A stretch of DNA of 64,000 nt from a virus. Below, piece by piece: positions 19,801 to 28,925 of this stretch. The position numbers and the translations under genes are program-made. The DNA lies in the IMG/VR virus record IMGVR_UViG_3300032053_000039, positions 1-64,000 of that record; one strand, given 5' to 3'. The notes beneath the pieces are model-generated. The model ran no database searches, was not told the DNA's origin, and saw nothing but the letters and a program-made list of their open reading frames with translations. Numbering within the stretch: position 1 is the stretch's first letter; every line of letters begins with the position of its first letter.

Positions 19801-20629
19801 CAAAGGAGATATTATGGCCAACTTTTTCATTATTGGAAGTCATACTCTTTCTAAAAAGATCTTCAAATTCGAGGATATTATTCCATTGTATGTGAACGCC
19901 TTGACCAACAGTATGACAAAAAGATATATCAGTTATTTTATCTTCTCTGTGATTAAATCCCCGGGTTTCTAAGTCAAATGCAAAGGAAGGAACTTCTATA
20001 AGTTCTTCAAGATACTTTTTTATATCTACAGGATCTTCTAAAGTTCGAGCATTTGCTTTCATTTTTCTTTGTGGAGGAAGATCTATAATCTGTTTTGCCA
20101 GAATAAGATCATTTACAAAGTGTTGGTATAGTAACCTATCTTGTGTTCTCATTAGATATGCTGGATGATATGTAGGAATAATTACTGTATCTAACTCAGG
20201 AAAATACATTTTTTTACCACGAGCACTTTCAATAGTTAGTCCTATCTTTATGAGTTGCTGAAGAGCTATCTTTCCGATTGTTATTATAACTTTCGGTTTC
20301 ATTTTATTTATGAGTTCTATGGTAAATGCTCTACAACAATCTATTTCTTTTGGAGTAGGAGTTCGATTATTTCCAGACTCGTCTATGGGATGACACCGAA
20401 TTGCATTGCTGATAAAGCAATTTATACCTATCTGATCTAAATAATGTTGAAGCATTTTTCCAGAAGCACCTACAAAGGGCATTCCCGCATCTGCTTCTGC
20501 CTGTCCTAAAGCTTCTCCAAGAAGAAGGACTCCCGAATTAATATCTCCTCTTCCAACAACATGAACACTCTTGGAAGTTCTCCACATGTTACATTTTTGG
20601 CAGAGATAGTTATTTGTAGTATATTCCAT
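16877..20629 (-). CDS. polA: family A DNA polymerase with N-terminal family-4 uracil-DNA glycosylase domain, 3'-5' exonuclease and intein
   Basis: UDG4 motifs CxxC, GEALGQAE, PFVGASG, CHP...NRTP, TYHPAY; exonuclease FDLET, GHNISFD, YSAMD; polymerase DQ|SQIELR, KAINFG, HDS. Confidence 0.93.
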   Translation of the reverse strand: MEYTTNNYLCQKCNMWRTSKSVHVVGRGDINSGVLLLGEALGQAEADAGMPFVGASGKMLQHYLDQIGINCFISNAIRCHPIDESGNNRTPTPKEIDCCRAFTIELINKMKPKVIITIGKIALQQLIKIGLTIESARGKKMYFPELDTVIIPTYHPAYLMRTQDRLLYQHFVNDLILAKQIIDLPPQRKMKANARTLEDPVDIKKYLEELIEVPSFAFDLETRGFNHREDKITDISFCHTVGQGVHIQWNNILEFEDLFRKSMTSNNEKVGHNISFDLSFLMQLGFKVNGVLFDTMLAYHTLNMSSEGDVGNSLYKLETLSWIMTNEGGYKDILASFGGIGKYQAKEDAVEVQGQLWNPDDFESSEKGVITEYDKYLLGLRTQIETKRKEKLKELNLTPLQYYSAMDSDITYRLYKIMKPKIDSEYRDVFYNIIMKYCYSLIHMTLNGIRLDFKYMDKVARQNKEEIEKIKIKIFNKVGYELNLNSSKEISNLMYNVLGLEPNKNYVTKKGRNPAGDEEAITFFSNQKPILKSILEYRTLSKQNSTYLVGFMNKADKLTHRVHPSYYQLTATGRASCFLHTIPRDNKIRNMVRAERGNKLICLDQCLVGDTLVATETGLKEIQYLKKNEKVIQEDGSLKKVLNVFKQGVKEVYEVTTELGYKIKMTDLHRIRVIDIHGNYVWKNLKNLDFENDFIALQPFHLNNKNKIPLPKIEYTHASNKILKKYPNFINNSLCEFFGVLSGNGTTLESNCRKTTIQWHICVKDKDVINYIENILHKQFGESCSICKERRGAVAMNFNSKPLIKVFNNLGISKKRVPSFLFQSNEDLISSWLRGYFETDGSVDDRIRCSSVEESLIDDVHLLLLSLGIIAKKRKQNHEIRGYKFTVYILDIKSHWTKVFYEKIGFISKRKKLKLLSILKSSDASPVYGNHPNLTNKSKKYTNINLLKNTRNRKGSVSKYTSDLIKKDYPEIYKDLGLHKISEWNQVYCKISNIKKISPAETYDIEVEETHSYIANGFVSHNSQIELRVLAMMSDDTSMIKAFASGHDFHTYTACVMFGVPFDSFDKKKPEHEKLRSSAKAINFGIIFGLQARSLAEDLGITEIAALNFMNKFFSTYPNVKKFIHDNEIFVQQYGYVETLYGRKRYLSKALSSNDIEKGKALRQATNTKIQSSANDITAMGISRCQEWIEKNPQYRTMLVGTIHDSILIESPDKYVEELSPVFVKCMTENIPKVTMPLKVDVDIQEVWTK
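17564..18814 (-). mobile_element. LAGLIDADG intein in PolA motif A (417 aa)
   Basis: starts CLVGDTLV, WLRGYFETDG, ends VSHN before Ser. Confidence 0.92.
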
Positions 20630-21180
20630 TATATAAGATTTTCTTTTTTATTTGTTTTTACTAAGTTGTTCAAGACATCGATCTGGTATTTTTTTAAATC
20701 TATTTTTTTTGGTTTCTTTTCTAAGAAGATATTATAGTAATCATGAGCTATTCGTGCCATAGAGTACGCATCTGCAATATTATCGTCTCTAAGCTCTACT
20801 CCAAAATTTTTAAATAGATCGAGAATCAGAACACCTTTTATTTTCTCTTTTGCTGATCCTGATATAAATTTCTTTGCAGAGAGAGGAGAAATACCTATAG
20901 ATTTTATACCCATTTTAAATAAGTGTAGTTTTAATACACCATTAAGCTCTCCGATATTAAAAAGATGTCCTTCAGCTCGAAAAGCGGGAGTCTCAATTCC
21001 TGCTAACTTTATAGTATTTTTAAACGGTTCAAGGGTTTTTAAAAATATTTCTTCAATGAATAATAATCTTTCAGTATCTTTAGCCTCAACATGAAGGACT
21101 TTCTTTTCTAATATAGTATATTTCTCATCTATAATAACAAGTCCAGTTCCGGTTAATGACATATCAAGGCCAAGATACAT
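20629..21180 (-). CDS. ruvC: RuvC-like Holliday junction resolvase
   Basis: YLGLDMSLTGTG, IE, DDNIADA catalytic motifs. Confidence 0.85.
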   Translation of the reverse strand: MYLGLDMSLTGTGLVIIDEKYTILEKKVLHVEAKDTERLLFIEEIFLKTLEPFKNTIKLAGIETPAFRAEGHLFNIGELNGVLKLHLFKMGIKSIGISPLSAKKFISGSAKEKIKGVLILDLFKNFGVELRDDNIADAYSMARIAHDYYNIFLEKKPKKIDLKKYQIDVLNNLVKTNKKENLI

Positions 21181-21201
21181 AAAGACCTTCCTTAATTTAT
21201 C

Positions 21202-22389
21202 TTAGGACACCGTATACTTAGCTTGGCAAAATGGGCATACCGTGGCTTTAGAAGAAATCAAGTTATTGCAAACAGCGCAAGGTTCCATAAGAACTGTATT
21301 ACAATTTGGACACTTTGTTGTACCTTGCGGTACAAGTGCCTTACAATTAAAGCAAGGAATAGCTTGAGGAGCAACTGCAAGAACTCTTCGTGGAGGTTCT
21401 TGACTTGGAGAAGCCATAGGAATAGCACTATCGTCAAATGGGAGAGGTTGTTGATTATTTGGCTGCATTGCTGCAGGAGGAGGAGTCATAACATTTATGT
21501 ATCCCTGAGGAGGTACTTCTATGTTTGTATTCATAGATTTTTGTTGGCTTTGTCTTTCTTGCCATTGTGCATTTTCTGATGCTGCTTGTTTTTCAAACTC
21601 AGCATAGAAATTAGTTCCCATAGCAATATCCATTCTTTTTATTTTAGTTGGAATGTGCTTCAAACAATAGAATGCTGATGATAGTTTTATAATAGTCTTT
21701 AAATCATTTCTTTTATAAAGTTTTTCTTCCTCTTTAATAAATCCAGCAACAACATGAGGAACATTTACTCCTGCTTTTCGTATATCAGGAGTAGTGTTTT
21801 TTCCAGTACCTTCTTTTGTATAATTTACATCATACTCACTGAAGTCTCCATCATCATCTACACATTTTTTAAGAGAGGACATAGCTCTTTGACCTAAACG
21901 AACTATTTTAGTACTTTTTTCCTTTTGACACCAAACAACAGAAGTATTCTCAATAACTTCAGGATTTCTGTGAATAACATTGTAAATAAACTCAAGTTTA
22001 GGTCTAGCTGTTGCAGGAGCACCGTAGGCAGGATTCCAATACTCTGTCATTATCTTATAAAGATCAGGGTCTTTTACTTGGTATGTAGATACTTTTCCAA
22101 ATTGACCTTTTTTTGTTTCAAAGAATCCACCATCAAAGTATCTGTTACGATCACCAAACATTCTTCCAAGAAGGCTAACTCCTTCAAACTCATTCTCAGC
22201 AATAAATGGTCTGATCTTGTCATCATCACAAAGAACCCAAGATATGTAATACCCTATAAAAGAATCAGGCCCATCTATGAATCGCAAAACAGCAGAATTA
22301 CCTGGAGTAACTCTCACTTCTTTTGCATATTCTTTCTCATAAGTATTGTCATTAGAAAGATTACCAGTAACTTCATCAAATTTTCCCAT
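21202..22389 (-). CDS. putative gp32-like single-stranded DNA-binding protein with C-terminal double zinc ribbon
   Basis: LRF...YNV...GTGKNT pattern and replication-cluster position; P/Q linker then four CxxC. Confidence 0.6.
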   Translation of the reverse strand: MGKFDEVTGNLSNDNTYEKEYAKEVRVTPGNSAVLRFIDGPDSFIGYYISWVLCDDDKIRPFIAENEFEGVSLLGRMFGDRNRYFDGGFFETKKGQFGKVSTYQVKDPDLYKIMTEYWNPAYGAPATARPKLEFIYNVIHRNPEVIENTSVVWCQKEKSTKIVRLGQRAMSSLKKCVDDDGDFSEYDVNYTKEGTGKNTTPDIRKAGVNVPHVVAGFIKEEEKLYKRNDLKTIIKLSSAFYCLKHIPTKIKRMDIAMGTNFYAEFEKQAASENAQWQERQSQQKSMNTNIEVPPQGYINVMTPPPAAMQPNNQQPLPFDDSAIPMASPSQEPPRRVLAVAPQAIPCFNCKALVPQGTTKCPNCNTVLMEPCAVCNNLISSKATVCPFCQAKYTVS

Positions 22390-22444
22390 AGCAGTCTCCT
22401 TAATATAATATTTAAGTTCAATAAATTCTTAGATTTATTGGTAT

Positions 22445-22954
22445 TTACGAAGGTTTTCCAGCTGCAATGTTATAGTCCTTAAGAGCATGCAACTTAAATC
22501 CATAATTTTCTAATCCAGAAACAACTCTTTTTACAAGGCCGAGCTTATATGTCTCTGTTCTTAGAAGATTACTATATTGTTCATATTCTTTTTCAAAATG
22601 AACTTTTATAAAATTCTCTTTCTCTTTTTCTGTTCTTTTTTCAGACTTTCCTAGAGGTGGGAGTATAGCATTAATTTCAAAATATTTTTTAGCTTGCCAC
22701 ATATTGAACTCATCTTCAAGTTGCTGGACAACTTGATTTTGAGATTCATAAATCATTCCATAGACAAACAACTTTCTAGAGATTTCATTTATCTCTAGCA
22801 TAATATCACGAAGATTTGTATAATTTTCTAATTCTAGTTGCTGTGAATCGAAAACAACGGGGTTAATAGGCAGGTCTTTATAAGAAGTATTTTCCTTATA
22901 AAGTTTAAAAGTTTCGTTAATCGTGCCAAAAGACTTATAAATACTTTCGTCCAT
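22445..22954 (-). CDS. helical protein, possible UvsY-like recombination mediator
   Basis: all-helical with KRTEKEKE segment; next to SSB, RuvC, Pol and RecA. Confidence 0.45.
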   Translation of the reverse strand: MDESIYKSFGTINETFKLYKENTSYKDLPINPVVFDSQQLELENYTNLRDIMLEINEISRKLFVYGMIYESQNQVVQQLEDEFNMWQAKKYFEINAILPPLGKSEKRTEKEKENFIKVHFEKEYEQYSNLLRTETYKLGLVKRVVSGLENYGFKLHALKDYNIAAGKPS

Positions 22955-23051
22955 AATAATTCCTCATTCTCATTCTTTTTTTAAAATTCTTAGCTAAAAT
23001 GCTATTTTTATATTCTACAAATAAATATTCAAGGAACATCTAGATCATTTA

Positions 23052-23225
23052 CTATTTTGATTCTTTATACTCTTTCCACTCTTTTTCCAATACTCTTTGT
23101 ATTAGATCAGAGGCTCCAAAATTAAGTTTTCTGCACAAATCATCAAGTATTTTCTTGTGTTTCGGTAAAAGTGATATTGATATATTTTTGGCCTTTTTTT
23201 CATCAGAGAGTTTCAACCGACCCAT
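23052..23225 (-). CDS. small RHH-like protein (57 aa)
   Basis: MGRLKLSDEKKAKNISISLLPKHKKILDDLCRKLNFGASDLIQRVLE; not in ORF track. Confidence 0.7.
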   Translation of the reverse strand: MGRLKLSDEKKAKNISISLLPKHKKILDDLCRKLNFGASDLIQRVLEKEWKEYKESK

Positions 23226-23336
23226 ATAAATTTTTCTCTTTCCATGTATTTTTTTATGTCACTTCTATGTTTTAAAAACATCTAATTATTATTAATAATT
23301 AAGTCAACAAAAAATTAATAAATATTGTTAAAAAGC

Positions 23337-23369
23337 TAATAAGGGGAGAAGAAAAAACTCCCCTTATTA
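23337..23369 (-). terminator. intrinsic terminator
   Basis: perfect 12-bp stem TAATAAGGGGAG/CTCCCCTTATTA followed by GCTTTT on the minus strand, just after a gene end. Confidence 0.7.
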
Positions 23370-23392
23370 AATTGGAGATCAAAGCGAGAAAA

Positions 23393-23554
23393 TTACTTAG
23401 TTTTTTTCTTTCTATTAGTTTGATCGTTTTTGAATTTTTCGTCTTTTTTAGGAAGAGCTGCCTTTCCTGGTTTACTCCCTTTACCGATGTCATATTTTTT
23501 GGGAGTTTCTTTTGAACCAATGGTTTTTTCTTTGTCTGTCTTCATCTTGGGCAT
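23393..23554 (-). CDS. small Lys-rich basic protein (53 aa)
   Basis: AGGAG RBS; MPKMKTDKEKTIGSKETPKKYDIGKGSKPGKAALPKK...; different frame from the track ORF 23299..23520. Confidence 0.65.
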   Translation of the reverse strand: MPKMKTDKEKTIGSKETPKKYDIGKGSKPGKAALPKKDEKFKNDQTNRKKKTK

Positions 23555-23604
23555 ACAAATTCTCCTGATACGTTTATTATTTAAAATCTAAAAGATTTTA
23601 TTTT

Positions 23605-24894
23605 CTAATATCCTGCTATTTCTAATGTGGTAAAATCACCGTCAAGAAAAACAAAGTCTTTAAATGCAGGTATATAACAAAGAGATTTTTCGTACTCTTC
23701 ATATGCTATAATAACAGCTATTTCACCATCAATATCTATAAACATATTAGCATCTGGTTCCATCTTAGATGGTTTAAGTTCAAGGTAATTTATTAGGTTT
23801 TTTGGGAGTTCTATTTCATATCCCAAGTTAGTAAGGAAGACTCTTGACTTATTTTCAGTTTTCTCTAATTGAAACCCAATATATGTTTTTGGTATAGGTT
23901 GCAATATAAAAGGTTCTTGGAAGTAGAGGGAATCATCGACTAATCCAACAGGACGAATATCTTCTACCCAATCACTATCTTGTCCCGCTGTTTTTATCCA
24001 AGGGTTATAGGAAGCATATTCGTGAATATCTCCTTCAAGCTCTTTTAATAGTTCTCTTTCTTGTATTTCTTTTTTATTATCTTTTGTTTTGTAAACAAAA
24101 GGTAGTTTATAACTTCTTACATATTTATCAAGATCTGCTTGAGATAGTGTTGACCATCTATTTATTTTAAGATCTCTTAATTTCAAAAATAACAATCTTT
24201 TGTATTGATCTTTAATTTCATTACTAGCATGCATAGGAATACCAGGAGCATTGTCAGGTATTTCAGATTCTCCTCGAGGAGCATATACTCTTAAGCTACA
24301 GCCACAGTTAGAATGACTAAGGTAGATAATAGGTTTAGGGGGGCTATATCCTTTAACCCCTGCATGCATAATAGCTTCACTAATAAGATTTTCTACAGTG
24401 GTTCTTAGACCAAGGTTAGCGGTACAAATTGGCCATCCATTTACCTTATGACAATTATCATGTTTAAACTCAGGTCCTCGTATCCAACTAACGTCACTAT
24501 ACCCCACGGATTTTAAATATTCTAGTATCATAAAGGATCCATCCATATTTCCCTGCTTTTCTTCGGAAGGGAAATATTGATCGATGGCCAAAGATGGAGC
24601 GAATGTTTGTAGTACATAAAGTTCTCTTTTTTTCTTATCTGGAACTTTTTTAGGATATTCTGGTTTCTCTGGAGTTGGAGGAATAGGAGGTTCTGTTGGT
24701 GTTACTGGAGGAGATGGAGCAGTAACAGGAGCTAGAGGTTCCTCTCTTAACTCTTCGGAAGGGACAGGACGAGTAAGTATATTTGGGGTGAAAGGATTTG
24801 ATTCTACATCAGGGGCAAAAAATCCTTTTGGAAATAATTCTCCATAAGGAAATTGCATATCCTGTGGCTTTATAGGAGCAGCCTTTTTTATCAT
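23605..24894 (-). CDS. hypothetical protein with Pro-rich linker and Cys/His cluster
   Basis: 429 aa; HDNC...IC...SHSNCGC. Confidence 0.8.
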   Translation of the reverse strand: MIKKAAPIKPQDMQFPYGELFPKGFFAPDVESNPFTPNILTRPVPSEELREEPLAPVTAPSPPVTPTEPPIPPTPEKPEYPKKVPDKKKRELYVLQTFAPSLAIDQYFPSEEKQGNMDGSFMILEYLKSVGYSDVSWIRGPEFKHDNCHKVNGWPICTANLGLRTTVENLISEAIMHAGVKGYSPPKPIIYLSHSNCGCSLRVYAPRGESEIPDNAPGIPMHASNEIKDQYKRLLFLKLRDLKINRWSTLSQADLDKYVRSYKLPFVYKTKDNKKEIQERELLKELEGDIHEYASYNPWIKTAGQDSDWVEDIRPVGLVDDSLYFQEPFILQPIPKTYIGFQLEKTENKSRVFLTNLGYEIELPKNLINYLELKPSKMEPDANMFIDIDGEIAVIIAYEEYEKSLCYIPAFKDFVFLDGDFTTLEIAGY

Positions 24895-24897
24895 TTA

Positions 24898-25845
24898 TTA
24901 GTCCTGGCCAGAAAGTATCTTGTATACATTTATAACATCATCAGGGCCTATTCTTATACCTTTGTATAACGCAGCAACTTCAAAGAGTATTCTAAGATAT
25001 CCATATCGTTGGAGTATCTTATAAATAAGATTGCCTTTGGAATAGTTTAAAGATCCCATTAATTTTTCTAGATCACTTTTAAGACCTACCCTTGAAAATT
25101 CCATTTTCCTTAGATTGGATGCTATACCACGATCAGTAATAAGAGAGTCTATATCATCATTTACTCTATCAAGGGCTACTTGAAAATCTGTGCTTAATAG
25201 TTTAAGTTCCTCTTTATCAAGAGTTTTCATGTAGTCTTTTAAAACTAAGAAATCCACACTATCTCTTTTAGCTTTATCAATATCTATAACGATTTTATCA
25301 ATATACTTCTGAGCCAGATTTTTAGCAGAATTTAGTATGTAAGACGAAGAAAGAGTTCCTTCTAGTTTCTTTGGTTCTTTTAGCCATTCATCTGTAATAA
25401 GATTATACAAACTATCATATTTTATGAGAGCAGCTCTCTCTGCTTCCTCTTCTGTAAAAAAATATGTATCTAGAGGATGAAATGTTTCTGGTATAAAAGC
25501 AGTTAAAAAAGAACTTCTTCTTCCTGCTTCTATAAGCTCATCACAAATATCTTCTCCCGTAGAATCTTGATATTTTGGATTATTCTTTTTAAATAAATCT
25601 ATATTTAAAACAACTTTTACATCTAGGTCTGAATCATCTTTATAGAAATATGTCGCTAAGGATGAACCTATGTAAAGATGAGATACAAACTCTTTATATC
25701 CTTTAATACCAAAACTAATAAAAAAACCCTCCATAGATTTATATATAAACTTTTTTATTGAAGGTTTTAATTTATTATCTTCCCATATTTCTGGGGATAA
25801 TGTTTTTCTTTGGTAATCTAAAATAGATGATATCTTTTTCATCAT
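24898..25845 (-). CDS. Pol-beta-superfamily nucleotidyltransferase
   Basis: hGS...DxD motif IGSSLATYFYKDDSDLDV; GNLIYKILQRYGY. Confidence 0.75.
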   Translation of the reverse strand: MMKKISSILDYQRKTLSPEIWEDNKLKPSIKKFIYKSMEGFFISFGIKGYKEFVSHLYIGSSLATYFYKDDSDLDVKVVLNIDLFKKNNPKYQDSTGEDICDELIEAGRRSSFLTAFIPETFHPLDTYFFTEEEAERAALIKYDSLYNLITDEWLKEPKKLEGTLSSSYILNSAKNLAQKYIDKIVIDIDKAKRDSVDFLVLKDYMKTLDKEELKLLSTDFQVALDRVNDDIDSLITDRGIASNLRKMEFSRVGLKSDLEKLMGSLNYSKGNLIYKILQRYGYLRILFEVAALYKGIRIGPDDVINVYKILSGQD

Positions 25846-26135
25846 TTGTGTTCCAGGGAGTCTACAACATCTTCATAAGAATCAATAGCGTTGCTATAAG
25901 ATTGAATAGAGCTTGTAAGTCTTTGTATTCTTTGATTTAGATGGAGGACTCGATCATTTAGAGTATTTACTTGAACGAACCAATCATCACTAGTATACAT
26001 AACTTCTATAACTTTATCCCTTATTTCCTCAATAAAGAATGTTAAGTTTCTATCAGTATTAGTTTGACTTATTTGTTGAATGTGTGATAGGATATAATCA
26101 CATTTTGTTCTTATATCATTTTCGAATAACTGCAT
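25842..26135 (-). CDS. coiled-coil hypothetical protein
   Basis: ORF overlapping both neighbours. Confidence 0.7.
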   Translation of the reverse strand: MQLFENDIRTKCDYILSHIQQISQTNTDRNLTFFIEEIRDKVIEVMYTSDDWFVQVNTLNDRVLHLNQRIQRLTSSIQSYSNAIDSYEDVVDSLEHK

Positions 26136-26542
26136 TAGTTTATATCTCCGTAAGGGTCAAGCTCTGTATGAATCTTTGAAAAATCCTTATTACGAAGTTT
26201 GAACATACCCTCTTTAGAGACTAGTTGGGATCCACCAGTATCCCATTTCACAAGAATGGTATCACCATCATTTTTTATACCTTTAACAATTCCCATTCTT
26301 CCTGTTGATCGAGATCTTATAAGGTCTCCTATCTTAACATCTTCTTCTTTTATGAAGTACTCGATAAGATCTTCTCTCTCTGCTTTCTTGAAGGTTCTCT
26401 TAACAAGCGGACTAGAATAGCGTATTCCGTGAATAGCAAGCCAATCTGCTATTTTTTCTACAGGCATGTTCATCTTAAGCATGCGATACAAAGTTTCAAT
26501 ATGATCTTGATTTCTTTCTGTTCTTACCGGTGTAGCTTTCAT
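26135..26542 (-). CDS. hypothetical protein with SH3/KOW-like C-terminal half
   Basis: KIGDLIR...GIV...ILVKWDTG. Confidence 0.65.
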   Translation of the reverse strand: MKATPVRTERNQDHIETLYRMLKMNMPVEKIADWLAIHGIRYSSPLVKRTFKKAEREDLIEYFIKEEDVKIGDLIRSRSTGRMGIVKGIKNDGDTILVKWDTGGSQLVSKEGMFKLRNKDFSKIHTELDPYGDIN

Positions 26543-26549
26543 AATACCT

Positions 26550-27206
26550 CTATTGTTCTATTAAAATTGGAGAGTCATGATCTCCCTTATTTATTATTAT
26601 CAGCTTAAGAGCACTGCTATTAATATCTCTACCAAGATCATATCCTGCCGATTGTTGGATTTTTCCTGAACCGAAGCCACCAAAACAATATTTTATGAGT
26701 TTTCCTTCAGACAGAAATTCATATTCATACCATGATTTTTTCTCAGGATTTTCAAATTGATAGAATCGACTATCAGAATCGTATTTTCCTATATTGTAAA
26801 ATACATCTAGAGCCTGTTCCTCAAGTTTCTTTCCTGGTTCTACACCGGCATTAACAACATAGATAAAATCATTAATTTTTATAATTAAAGGAAGTTCCTC
26901 TAGGTAGTTTATAAGATAATTACTATCTTTTTCTAGCCAGTTAGGAATGTTATCTTCAGTACAAGCATCAAACTCTCTTTTTCCTTTAACCGAATAAGTA
27001 TTATGACAATTGGCTAAAAAATAGAGACAATCTAAGGATTTATCATTATCAAGATCGATATTATTCCCAGTTGTTACAAGAGTATCATCCTTATTAAATC
27101 CTTGATTATATAACAAATTAACAAGAGATTCATAATCTCCCCTAATATCTCCAACGACAAAATACCTTTTAGTATTTAGAACCGATAGGTCTAAGACAAA
27201 ATCCAT
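26550..27206 (-). CDS. calcineurin-like metallophosphoesterase fold, catalytically degenerate
   Basis: VVGDIRG, TGNNID, KGKRE, VVNAG align with DxH, GDxxD, GNHE and HAG, with most ligands substituted. Confidence 0.7.
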   Translation of the reverse strand: MDFVLDLSVLNTKRYFVVGDIRGDYESLVNLLYNQGFNKDDTLVTTGNNIDLDNDKSLDCLYFLANCHNTYSVKGKREFDACTEDNIPNWLEKDSNYLINYLEELPLIIKINDFIYVVNAGVEPGKKLEEQALDVFYNIGKYDSDSRFYQFENPEKKSWYEYEFLSEGKLIKYCFGGFGSGKIQQSAGYDLGRDINSSALKLIIINKGDHDSPILIEQ

Positions 27207-27280
27207 TATGTACCATTCCTGATAGAAATAGCTTCTTGAAATAATAATGTTAAAAAAATTGGCAGAATTAAGCCCAAATC

Positions 27281-27547
27281 CTAAACTTTTTCATATACAA
27301 TGAAAGAATTATTTCTACCCTCAAAAAAGTTACCAAGGCTCTTTTTTCGTATGGATATTATACCTGGGCCTACAGCACTTTTGAAAAAAACGTAATCCCC
27401 TTGATCATCCCCAACCGAATAATCGTATTTATAATAATTGTCCTTACCACGAAATTTCAAAATATCTCCTTGAGTAAGCTCTTGAGAAGACTTAGAGTAC
27501 TTTTTTGGGGTAAGACCAAAATTGTACGAAGATCTGATTTGGTTCAT
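27281..27547 (-). CDS. hypothetical protein
   Basis: ORF with GAGG RBS. Confidence 0.65.
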   Translation of the reverse strand: MNQIRSSYNFGLTPKKYSKSSQELTQGDILKFRGKDNYYKYDYSVGDDQGDYVFFKSAVGPGIISIRKKSLGNFFEGRNNSFIVYEKV

Positions 27548-27587
27548 AACATACCTCTATTTTTATTTTATAATTACCCTCCGGTAA

Positions 27588-28652
27588 TTATCTTTTTTCG
27601 TAGTTACTTTCAATCCACTTAAGGTATTCTCCTGTTTTTATGTCTTCTATCCATTTTTTGTTATTTAAGTACCATTTTACCGTAAAATCCATTCCAGAAT
27701 AAAAAGATGTACGCTGATTCCACCCCAGAAACTTTTTTAATTTATCACAATTAACAGCATATCGTTTATCATGCCCAGGCCTATCTTTTACATAGGTTAT
27801 AAGATTTTTATAAGTATTTATCGGTACTCCGGTAAGATCTGATACAATCTCACACAAAATTTCTATTATTTCTATGTTCTTTCTTTCGTTATCTCCTCCT
27901 ATATTATAGGACTCTCCTATCTCTCCTTTGGTAGCTATTGTCCAAATAGCCTCACAGTGATCTTTTACAAATAACCAATCTCGGATTTGAGTGCCATCCC
28001 CATAAACAGGAAGAGGTTTCCTTTCTAGCATATTTAATATCATAAGAGGGATAAGTTTTTCTGGAAATTGATAAGGACCATAATTATTACTGCAGTTGGA
28101 TATAAGAATTGGCATATTATAGGTATGATAGTATGCTCGTACTAAATGATCTGCACTTGCTTTACTAGCAGAATAAACACTTCTAGGATCATAAGGACTT
28201 CTTTCATGAAAGTATCCGGATTCAGGTAAAGATCCAAACACCTCATCGGATGAGATATGATAAAATATAATGTCTTTATTTATCATTCTAATAGCTTCTA
28301 AAAGAGAAAATGTTCCTAAAATGTTTGTTTTTATAAAATCACTAGGACCATATATAGATCTGTCCACATGGCTTTCTGCTGAGAAATTTATTATAAGATC
28401 AATATCATAATTTTTAAATGTACTTACAAAGTCTGTATCGAGAATATCACAGATGTCTAATTTAATAAATTTGTACTTTTCTTCAACACCTAAAAGATTA
28501 CTTGGATTTCCAGCATATGTTAATTTATCTATATTTAAAATATTTCCTTTGAAGCCAATATCTTCTATAAGATATCGTATGAAGTTAGATCCTATAAATC
28601 CCATTCCTCCCGTTACTGCTATGTTTTTAATATCTCGTTTAATCTCTTTCAT
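27588..28652 (-). CDS. rfbB: dTDP-glucose 4,6-dehydratase
   Basis: TGGMGFIGSNF, DKLTYAGN, AESHVDRSI, SDEV, YSASK, NNYGPYQFPEKLIP, DRPGHD. Confidence 0.96.
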   Translation of the reverse strand: MKEIKRDIKNIAVTGGMGFIGSNFIRYLIEDIGFKGNILNIDKLTYAGNPSNLLGVEEKYKFIKLDICDILDTDFVSTFKNYDIDLIINFSAESHVDRSIYGPSDFIKTNILGTFSLLEAIRMINKDIIFYHISSDEVFGSLPESGYFHERSPYDPRSVYSASKASADHLVRAYYHTYNMPILISNCSNNYGPYQFPEKLIPLMILNMLERKPLPVYGDGTQIRDWLFVKDHCEAIWTIATKGEIGESYNIGGDNERKNIEIIEILCEIVSDLTGVPINTYKNLITYVKDRPGHDKRYAVNCDKLKKFLGWNQRTSFYSGMDFTVKWYLNNKKWIEDIKTGEYLKWIESNYEKR

Positions 28653-28675
28653 ATAATTTTAATCTCTTAATATTT

Positions 28676-28903
28676 TTAATCTACTAATTCATATTCTATT
28701 TTAAATATAGCTTCATCGCATACGAACATATAACCGTATTGAGTCATAATAATATAATCACCACAATAACCCTTTATACTAATTCCTTCTACAATAAGTT
28801 CAAATTTGGAATCCATTTTCCAGAACATTACAGTAAGAGGCTTTTTAATTGCTTTTCGAGGGCTAATCTTCGACAGGTCTTTGGGTGATGCTATTGACAA
28901 CAT
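28676..28903 (-). CDS. PGDYG-like small phage protein
   Basis: GDYII...YG..FVC...IF...YE pattern. Confidence 0.55.
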   Translation of the reverse strand: MLSIASPKDLSKISPRKAIKKPLTVMFWKMDSKFELIVEGISIKGYCGDYIIMTQYGYMFVCDEAIFKIEYELVD

Positions 28904-28925
28904 TTATATATCTCCATTTTTAATA

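Noticed and set aside
23299-23520. 73-aa ORF from the track
   Set aside because: it runs through a terminator hairpin and lacks an RBS; the frame 23393..23554 has AGGAG plus ATG and stops before the hairpin
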